Assembly (NCBI RefSeq): GCF_006345805.1
Contig: NC_043008.1
Coordinates: forward strand, 6,696,001 to 6,760,000
Reading direction: 5' to 3'
Length of the DNA stretch: 64,000 nucleotides
From: Octopus sinensis
Lineage: Eukaryota
How positions within the stretch are numbered: position 1 is the first letter of the stretch; each line of letters opens with the position of its first letter. The notes beneath the pieces were generated by a model, which saw nothing but the letters and a program-made list of their open reading frames with translations, had not been told where the DNA came from and did no database searches. The position numbers were made by a program, and so were the translations under genes. Shown here piece by piece: positions 54,462 through 64,000 of this stretch.

Positions 54462-55467
54462 TATAAGCAATGTGTAACGATTAACAAAGACAATGATTTA
54501 TTTTGTCTATTTCTATTGTTAGCAAATTAACCAATAATCATGACTCTATCAAAATACGATTTCCTTTTGCAGCCTGTCTCCAGCTATCAGTCTGTATATT
54601 TATATATGAATGGGTCTATCTATCCATCTCTCTTTTCTCTCTCTGCTCCCTTTATCACTCTTTACACACACACACAGAAGTACATATACTTGTGTGTGGC
54701 ATGTGAGTGTGTGTATGTGACATGTGTGCGAGATACATGTGTCTGTGTGTGTGTGTCTATTCCATTTAACGTAAATATTCAGAGCTCGTGTTTCTGATTA
54801 TGAGAAATAACATTAAGTGATGACAATGATGGCAAGAGGGAAATGGCACTCTGCTATTATGTTATTGAAGCTGATATCAACGATGTTTGTAAGAAGACGG
54901 TTGAAATATATAAGTGATCGGCCGGTGAGTTCATTGTAGATTATCACTAGATTAGATGTATTTACATCCAATAGTGGGAGTCAGATAATCGGATCACCAT
55001 CAGCTTTCGTTGATTACGGATGAAGTTAATATCTTAATATGGCAAACGTCGTACAATAAGAGGTTGCTTCTTGGCAACCCAATAACATGATACGGTTTTA
55101 ATCTTTCGTTTCAAGCAATTTCGGTTTATTTACTTCTCTACTTCTATTAGGATTGGCATCAAGATTGAAAGTCTCTTTCTTCAAGGGTCTCTTAATATTT
55201 AGAAAATTTATGATATTTAATAGTGAACGTGGCGAACTGTGCTCGACAAGAAATTTTGAAATAATACATTTCTAAATTTCCCAGAGAGATTTATGCAGTA
55301 GCAGCGCGAGAAAGTGATGGTATGTTGTCAACTTAATGTGACAGTCCCATGAAAGGGAAGAATGCTACTGCTATTTAGCCCTAGGAAACACTGTTTCCTG
55401 TATTTCACTTGAAATATATATGTTTTCAAAGGCGGATAGGCATCGACAGCTAGCAAGCCATGCTACT

Positions 55468-55508
55468 CCAGACTGATGATGAGCAAGGACTCTGAAACTA
55501 GTCTCTGG
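55468..55508 (+). ncRNA. Minimal type I hammerhead ribozyme motif with intact core
   Basis: CCAGA CTGATGA T GAG-CAAGGA-CTC T GAAA CTAG TC TCTGG. Stem I is a perfect 5 bp, stem III is the palindrome ACTAGT, the triplet is GUC, and a U-U pair sits at the base of stem II. Confidence 0.7.
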
Positions 55509-55697
55509 ACGCTGGCTTTGCAGGGTGGAGATGCTTACCTCCACTTTGAAGACATGAGGCCACAGGAAATTTGTCAAGGCCAACCGGCTAAATAACCTCT
55601 AAATACAGAGACGTACATTCACCAATACCGGTTGTGAAGCGGTGATGGTGGACAAACGCAAGCACAAAGACCCACTCACACACACACTCACACACAC

Positions 55698-55771
<74 letters not shown>

Positions 55772-56710
55772 TTCTTTACTACCCACAAGAGGCTAAACAC
55801 AGAGAGGACAAACAAGGACAGACAAACGGATTAAGTCGATTACATCGACCCCAGTGCGCAACTGGTACTTAATTTATCAACCCAAACAATGCTTTAGCTA
55901 GCCCGAGGTTTTAGTTGGACACATTTGCCCAAGGTGTCTCCCAGTGGATCTGAACCCAGGAATATGTGGTTGGAGATCAAGCTTCTTACCACACAGCCAC
56001 GCCTGCGCCTATAGATATAAAAAGGAATAAAGCTGGAGTTGTCTATACGTATGCACAAAACAAACGCGAGCTCTATTATTCATATACTAGAAGGTAAATA
56101 CAAATATATTACAAATTTTTACACAGTTGTATTAACATACATAAATGCGTGCATGTACACACACACACACACATACAAAATATTCATTTTCTCTAAAAAT
56201 TAGTCTAAATCTCAAGAAGTTAACACACGCAGTGTAACACTCATTCTACGCCTGGTAATGCCACGGAGCCGAGGCAGCAGAAGCCAACCTGGCTTTACGT
56301 AATTTTCATTAACGAATTTTAACTATACTCCAAGGCAAACACTTTAATCGGTTTATATCTATTTTATGCTTTGATCTTGAAAGCGGAAATGTTACATGTC
56401 TGACATCAAAACAGAAGTTATTTACTTCATTATATATATATATACATGTGTGTATGTGTGTATGTGTGTATGTGTGTGTGTGTGTGTGTTTCCGGTAATT
56501 AATTTGCATTTTAGAATGAATTGGGAATAGCTTTTTTGCTTGTTTATTAATTAATATTTCTAGCCTTAGTCTACGCACTGTCAGACGTACCTCAACAGAC
56601 GGTACGTCCCCGGTGGAAATCACACATACCTACATGTGCCCTAGTTTCTCCGCTGCTAGTTTCTCAGGCACACTCTTATATATATATATATAGCAATCAT
56701 ATACATACAT

Positions 56711-57129
56711 TTCCGCAACTCGGGCAATTCCAGCGGTTTCGGTACAACCGCAGCTTTCTACAGTAGGTTGGTAGAGGCTGGAAATGATGATGCCCCGGGA
56801 AGGACTCTGGGTCTCGATGATAATCGGTTAGACAGCTGGTTCCGAAGACCATTCGGGCCGAAGACACAGAATAACTTCCATAAGTCTTTGGCCTGGCAGT
56901 GTCACCGAGGAGCCCTACCCGTTAGGGATAAGCTCACCAGACACGGCCACCCTGGGCTGTCGGCCTGTCCAAGATGCGGGCGAGACGTGGAAACCGACCC
57001 GTACGCTATTGTTCAGGGTCCGGGTGTATCAAAAGTGTGGACTTATGCAGAACACCTGTTGTCAGATGGAAGAAGAGTACAACTACCGTCTGAGTCAATT
57101 CTAAAAGTTAACCCACCGGATTTCCTCAC
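56711..57129 (+). pseudogene. L1/Tx1-type LINE ORF2 fragment (C-terminal zinc-knuckle region)
   Basis: Open frame ...KSLAWQCHRGALPVRDKLTRHGHPGLSACPRCGRDVETDPYAIVQGPGVSKVW... resembles the zf-RVT region; the His and last Cys of the CCHC are substituted. Confidence 0.8.
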
Positions 57130-57212
57130 GGCATATGGCGTAGTGGTTAAGAGCGCGGGCTACTAACCCCAAGATTCCGAGTTCGATTCCAAGCAGTGAC
57201 CTAAATAACAAT

Positions 57213-57268
<56 letters not shown>

Positions 57269-57446
57269 CACCGAAAAACACCTTAGGGATGAGAAACCAG
57301 GTTCGAAATTCCCCCAAGACACCTGATGGAGGCTGGAGGGTATATCAGCCGAAACGTTGTGTTAACAAGATGAGGATAAATAGCCGTCAAACGTAAATAA
57401 TGTTAAAAATGTACATAATTCCTCATCTCTTAAATATAGAACTGTA
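57130..57446 (+). mobile_element. tRNA-headed SINE-like element with an (AAT)n middle and a hammerhead-bearing tail
   Basis: A box TGGCGTAGTGG, B box GTTCGATTCC; hammerhead-like motif at 57318-57363. Confidence 0.65.
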
Positions 57447-57598
57447 TCGACCTCAGTGTTCAACTTATTTTATCGACTCCGAAAGGATGCAAGGCAAAGT
57501 CGACTTCGGCGGGATTTGAACTCAGAACATAAAGACAGACGAAATGCCGCTAATCATTTTGCTCGGAGCGCTTAACGATTCTGCCAGCTCGCCGCCTC
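57447..57598 (-). mobile_element. Family A SINE
   Basis: Head and central motif present. Confidence 0.8.
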
Positions 57599-58059
57599 GG
57601 AAGTATAAAATTTGGAGATGGTTTGCAATGCTTGCCATATAAACTTGAACCAACGATCTTCCTACCAACAATCACGTGGTACTGATACTTTCTAGAAATG
57701 GAAACGTGTTTCCGTTACCTAAAGGTAGATATTTCAAACCAAAACCTAATATGGAGCGAAACCCAGAATTTGGGTTGGCATGTGGGAAGTTGGAATTAGG
57801 GTGCCGCAGCTATCTACACAATCCGAGAATTTGAACTGTGGTGAGCTATTTGCGTTGTGCACACCTAGCTTCCTCTTATTCACTGATGCGTGCCACACCC
57901 CACTCTTTATATTTAGCGCCACCTTTCTAAAAATTACCGTTTCCGTTATCTTACAATCCAATTCACAAATATTTCAGGGTTTGAATCATTTCTATCATGT
58001 ACATGTCTGTCTGAATGTCTGGCTGTGTGTGTGCGTGCGTGTGCATATATGTGTATATA

Positions 58060-58480
58060 TGTGTGTATGTATATATGGGTGTGTGTTTGCCCTCACACAC
58101 TGAGAGTGACATTTGCATGTTGGCGCATATCTCTTTATCTATCTATCTATCTATCCAGAGAGGGAGAGAGTGGGAGAGAGGAAGAAAGAGAGCGGGAGAA
58201 AGGGAGAAGAGGGAGAGGAGAGAGAGATGTAGAAAGAGACAAGGGCAGATAGACATATATATTGTAGTGCTACCAATGTCTGGCTCTGTGTGTGTGTGTG
58301 TGTATGTATATGTTTGTGTGTCTGCACTCACATACACACCGAGAGAGAGAGAGAGAGAAAGAGAGCGGGAGAGAGGAAGAGAGAGAGAGAGAGTGGGAGT
58401 AAGGGAGAAGAGAGAGAGAGAGAGAGAGGTGTAGAAAGAGACAAGGACGGATAGACATATATATATTGTGGTGTTACCTC
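58060..58480. repeat. About 200-bp tandem duplication containing (GA)-rich sequence
   Basis: GTAGAAAGAGACAAGG..GATAGACATATAT..TTGT.GTG.TACC occurs twice, about 202 bp apart. Confidence 0.7.
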
Positions 58481-58766
58481 ATCTTCCTCTTTTGGTATTT
58501 AAACGGTTTGATTCGATGATAAAGTTGTGATGTTATGCGTGGGTGTAGAATATAGGTGTCAATCCTTAGAAAACAGAATGTTACACCTTATCTCAGCTGG
58601 GAAATAAACATTATTGGCTAATCACATCATTTCGTCATTGTAGACATTTATTATTTTTTTTTTTTTGATCTCATCTCTCTTGAGTGTTTCAGAGAATCCC
58701 AACATGACCGAGATACAGGAGAAAAACTAGAAAGAGAAAACACGATTTACGACGTGTAAGAAAGGA

Positions 58767-58807
<41 letters not shown>

Positions 58808-59734
58808 TGTGTGTGTATGTGTGTGTGTGTGTGTGTAAAAGAGAGAGAGAGAGAGAGAGAGAGTGAGAGAGAGAGATGAAAGGAGAAGGCCATAAATAAG
58901 TAATGTGATGATAGAAAGAAACTTGAAAAGAAGAGAAAGAATGAATTGAAGTCAAGTAATAAAAGAGAAAAGCGAAACGTAAGAAATGATAAAGTAGAAA
59001 CGGGGTGGATAAAGGGTGGGTAAAGGGTGTTAAAGAAAAGCAGATGTGAAGACAAAAGATGTGGAGGGAAGGACTAAAGACAATAGGAAATAAAGAGAAG
59101 AAGAAGAAGAAAGCGGGGTGGAATTCTAGAAGGAAAAATGGAAAACAAAAACGATGCCAGAGGAAAATGATTTGTTCCAAATGTACCAAAATGTGGAACT
59201 TAAACCCGGTCATTCTACCTGCCAAAAATTGCTGCCAATTTTCCCTCAAATCATACTATATTGCCTTGAAACAGGAAGGACATGATAATCAATATTGAGT
59301 TAGATACGAAAAAAGGTATTTTCGCTTATTGTTTATTTAAACCAGCCGTTCTCAAAATGCTAAGTCCTAGCTCCAGCCACGCAAATGATGTAAAATTCTT
59401 TACCCTATCCATTCCTTTATTAATGAAGAGACAGAATAGTTCGCAGCCATAGAACTTTTTCTTCCTTCACCATGGAGTTGAAGAATTATAAAAAAGGTTT
59501 TTAAAAATCATAATTTTTTTTTCAACAGGAATCCATTTAACGAAAAATACTGGATTGAACAACAACAACAATAAAAATCAGCCTCACACTGACGTTTGTG
59601 ATTTGAAGGAGATTTGGTTATGATTTTTTGCAAGGATGAGTGGCCACATAGAAGTTCCTTCATTGGTCTTCCACTCAGCTCGAGCTACACAACTTCTACG
59701 TACGAAGAGCAGTGAATCTCTCTCATACCATAAC

Positions 59735-60067
59735 CTATTTTTTTACTACCCACAAGGGGCTAAACACAGAGAGGACAAACATGGACAGAAAAATGGATTA
59801 AGTCGATTACAGAACGTAACGGCAGACGAAATACCTATTTCTTTACTACCTACAAGGGGCTAAACAAAGAGGGGACAAACAAGGACAGACAAAGGGAATA
59901 AGTCGATTGCATCGACCCTAGTGCGTAACTGGTACTTATTGATCGACCCCGAAAGGATGAAAGGCAAAGTCGACCTCGGCGGAATTTGAACTCAGAATGT
60001 AACGACAGACGAAATACCGCTAAGTATTTCACCCGGCGCGCTAACGTTTCTGCCAGCTCGCCGCCTT
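59735..60067 (-). mobile_element. Family A SINE head-to-tail dimer (second unit internally deleted)
   Basis: Same junction as at 46999-47012. Confidence 0.85.
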
Positions 60068-61297
60068 TCGGAGCGGAATTATATATTATTTACACTGATA
60101 ACCATTGGTCTATCATTTATAAGCTAAAATGAGATTGTGCAACATTCATGCCTTTCTGAAGAGCATGAAGAACGACAGAGAAGTGAAATAATTCCATTCG
60201 GATTGAGGAACATTAGTGAGGTCACGGTTCACCGCGAAGTTTACTAATGGACCGAATCTGATTCCAGAGAATGAAGAAATAAAACACGAAAGACCTAATT
60301 GATAGTTGAAGTGTTTCAAAGGTGATGTTTAATGTATTGGGAAGTATGTCTGATATGTACACGGCTGCACGTGTACTGGACGGGAAGGTTCACTGGTTTC
60401 TACTGTTATGGACTGTTACAGGTCAATCAGGTTTTCATTCAATCATAACAGAATTCACTAAACAATTGTCTATTTGGCAGGAACAAGTGGAAAGGTGAAA
60501 CGAACAAATGGTGAAAGTAGACTAACGAATGGGAGATTTAATGGGTTTCTTCTTCTTCTTCTTCTTCTTCTTCTTCTTCTCATTATTATTATTATTATCA
60601 TTATTATTACTATTACTATTATTGTACATTGTTAGAGAAAGGCAATATGAATCTATCACAGTGTAAAAATAATTGCATGAAAGGTAAAAGGTAAAAACGG
60701 GTCCAGTTCTGTTCTGCAAGTGAAAGAAGATGGATTTAAAGAAGAAAGAATATTGCTAACTAAAGAACCAAATGAATTGTGTAAAATGTCAGAGAAATAT
60801 GAGATTATTTTAGCGAAACTGAGATATATCGATATTTGATGGCCTTGTTTTGCCGCCTTCGAATTTTTCGCGCTATTTGTGTCGACAGGTTGATACCATC
60901 TCAGGTGGAACACCTAATCTGTTTACTTTTCGCAGAGTTCTAAGCTTGTATGTTTATTAAAAAAAAAAAAAAGCTAACCCTTATATTTAAATTCCACGTT
61001 ACGGAAGAGGTGCGTTCATAAATATATTGTCGTAACGTGGAATCAATGTGAAATGTTACGTATCAGATGATAATTTTTCGGATTATTAGCGTCATCTTTA
61101 GAGTGGAAATATTTTCTAATATATCTGTATAACAGTTAGAGCAACAATTTCACCTCCGATCGATCACAGTACTGGACCAGATTCCAACTAGTTATCTACA
61201 ATCTTAACATAATATAAGGCTCTTATAACCAATCTACATTACATGTAAGTTCATAGATTAGTAGTTTAGTTCATAAGGGCGTTAATATTCTTAGTTC

Positions 61298-61520
61298 AGA
61301 CGCGCGGCGAGCTGGCAGAAACGTTAGCACGCCGGGCGAATTGCTTAGCGATATTTCGTCTGTCTTTATGTTCTGAGTTCAAATTCCGCCGAGGTCGACT
61401 TTGCTTTTCATCCTTTCGGGGTCGATAAATTAAGTACCAGTTGCGTACTGGGGTCAATCTAATCGACTTCCCCCACCCCAAATTTCGAGCCTTGTGCCTA
61501 GAGTAGAAAAGAATATTCTT
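61298..61520 (+). mobile_element. Family A SINE
   Basis: Head, B box, central motif and tail present. Confidence 0.85.
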
Positions 61521-62329
61521 AGTTTAGAAATAAAGTTTTTTTTGTTTGATTCCTTGTAGAGACGTGTAACTTAGTGGCTAAGGATGTTAGGCTTACGATG
61601 ATAAAGGAATTTATGTTGCTCAGGTTTAATCATCCGTAACATCGTTGAGTCAACGATAGTGGTGTTGGTGGGGGGAGGGGAGCGAAATGTCTATACCTGC
61701 TCGTAAGTACATAATTTGCGAAGCTATGATACAGTTTACTAAGCCATACCCGCTCGTGAGTGATGGCTGTTTGTACTACTCTACTGAATGAGTTCGAACC
61801 CATTGTGGGTTTCATGTAAATATCCAAGAAGAAGAAGAAAGCTACTAAAAAAATTATGAACGTGTAAATAACATCTCTCCTCAGATATTTGGACTTTTTA
61901 GCGAGTAGAATATTTTTGAGTAAGCTCAGGAGGATGAGATACAATATCAAACGACCCAGACGAGAATTGAAATCAGAAAGAGGCAAAATTAATTTCAGTA
62001 AGGCATTTATTCCAAATCTTTATGGAGTGTACCCCACCTCAGAGTCTCCAGGTTTATTTTTATTTTCGATAAAATCTTTCTCCATTAAGTGATTGAACAA
62101 CAAACGAAACATTTTAAGGTGTAAGTCAAGCTAAGTGGTAACATTTTAAAGCCAGAAAAGCTGAAAAACAAATGCGTCAAAAAATATAACAAAAATGGCT
62201 TTGGTGTAGAAGCAATTTTTCATTTTTGTCATTTTCGTAATTTTACCTTAAAGGAGAAAAAAATAACTAACATTTTACCTTTATGTGCTGCCGATAGATG
62301 ACTCGTGTAAATATAAGCAAGGAAATTCA

Positions 62330-62362
62330 ACTTACCTGCAATGGAAAACAAAAATCAAATGT
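62330..62362 (-). promoter_or_regulatory. Juxtaposed 3'/5' splice site (recursive-splice-like)
   Basis: ATTTGATTTTTGTTTTCCATTGCAG|GTAAGT. Confidence 0.45.
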
Positions 62363-63349
62363 CATTGCTTTTACATCAAAATAAACACATCATAAAAGAC
62401 ATACATGCATGTGTGTATATGCGTGCGTGTGTGTGAGTATGTGTGCGTGTATATGCTTTTGTGTTGATATATGTTTGTACACCGGCGTTTCTGCAGGTGC
62501 TTGTGTTGCTTCTGTTTATGTGAAAATGTTTGTTTGAGAAAGTGCACGAGTTTGTGTTTTTTTTTGTGAATTTATGTAGTTCTGAGTATACACGCTTGTT
62601 TGTTCTATTCGGGCGTTCAAGGAATAACAAAATCTGGGTGATTGTGTGTGTATGTGTGTATGTGTGTGTGCGTGTGTGTAGGCATAATCATGTCTCCATC
62701 ATCGTCAGCATCACCGTCGTAGCTTTCCTCATCCTCCCATTATTATTATTATGATTATTATTATTATGATTTTTATTGTTATTATTATTATTGTTATTAT
62801 GATTATTATTATTATTAAAAATTATTATTATTATTATTATTAATGCTTTCGAGCATACAGTCGTCTCTCAAAGATAGCTCCAAGAATATTGGATAATTAC
62901 CAAGTTGAATTGTAAGAAATATTTTCGCTTTTGGATTATTTTGCAAACAAGGAACTTCGAAACATCTCGACGTCTTTCCCAAAATCTTAAGTAGACAAAA
63001 CATAATTTTTTTTCCCAAAAACCTTCCTTGTGTTTGCAGTCTATTCAATATGGCTTCTTCTACGAGAAAGGTGATAGTAAGAAATATTATGAAGAAAGGA
63101 AGTAGTAACCGGACATGACTCCCCACGGACGAAAATTATGAAATAGATTTCTAATATACGAACACGGAATGATTGTTAAAGAGAATAATAAATAGATAAA
63201 TAGATAAACAGAAACACTGACAATGAGATAAATAGACTTACAGGGATGAGAAGACGATCACAGTTTGACACGCGAAGAATTAAATGTTCATGAAACGAAC
63301 GAGAATATTATCAACAACAACAACAACAACACAGACTTGTGCAATATTA

Positions 63350-63600
63350 ATAAGAATACCAAGACGGTGGGCAAGAAGGACCGTTAACACGCCAGGAAAA
63401 ATGCTTAGTACAATTTCTACTGTGTTTACGTTCTGAATTCGAATTCCTTCGAGGTCGACTTAGCCTTTCATCGTTCAGATTCGATAAAACAAGTACCAAT
63501 TGAGCACTGGGGTGGATGTAATCGACTACCTCCTCCCCCACCCCAGAAATTGCTGGTTTTGTGCCAAAATTTGAAATCAGTATTAATAATGATGCTAACA
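63350..63600 (+). mobile_element. Family A SINE, diverged
   Basis: Head-like GGTGGGCAAG..GGCAGAA remnant, TTCGAATTCC, and central motif. Confidence 0.75.
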
Positions 63601-63804
63601 AGGACTTCTATGCTAGCATCATTCCTTCCGGAATAATGCTAGCAAAGACAAAGGTGATCTTTGAGGGATTTTGTTCTGTGGTCAAATCTTAACAAAGTGA
63701 ATTTCCTTCCGGGGTCGATAACACTAGAACACCAGTCATGTACTGGGATCAATGTAATTGGCTACCCCATCTCCTAAAAAGAGTCAGAAGCCATTATTTA
63801 AGGC

Positions 63805-63859
<55 letters not shown>

Positions 63860-64000
63860 ATATATATATCTGCATACTCACACATGTATACCAATATGTA
63901 TGTGCATACATAAGTGTATAAAAATACATATATCTACGTGTGTATATTTGTGCATATATACACATACACACATGCACACATATATATATACACTGGCAAA

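Noticed and set aside
57130-57200. Possible genuine tRNA gene
   Set aside because: The acceptor and T stems do not pair properly; treated as a SINE head.
61630-61986. 118-aa minus-strand ORF with hydrophobic stretches
   Set aside because: Starts inside a SINE fragment; no homology evident.

Overview
Eukaryotic, AT-rich genomic DNA with very dense microsatellites. The SINE repertoire (tRNA-headed and CORE-type families) and SSR density suggest an octopus or other coleoid cephalopod; this is an inference, not a database result. No intact protein-coding gene could be identified, and almost all ORFs in the supplied track are translations of microsatellites. The window is mostly SINE copies from at least five families and decayed LINE fragments (CR1-like, L2/CR1-like, Tx1/L1-like). 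It also holds hAT and piggyBac-type MITEs, the 5' end of a hAT transposase, two non-autonomous Helitrons and several Penelope-like terminal-repeat fragments. The most interesting signals are: (i) six hammerhead-ribozyme-like motifs from unrelated repeats, two with intact catalytic cores and one on the tail of a tRNA-headed SINE-like element; (ii) head-to-tail SINE dimers that share the same junction; (iii) a textbook AG|GTAAGT recursive-splice-like site and microexon-like signals on the minus strand; (iv) a CpG-poor to CpG-rich transition near 22-25 kb; (v) an unexplained diverged ~170-bp tandem repeat. Repeat family labels A-E are my own working names, and repeat boundaries are approximate.
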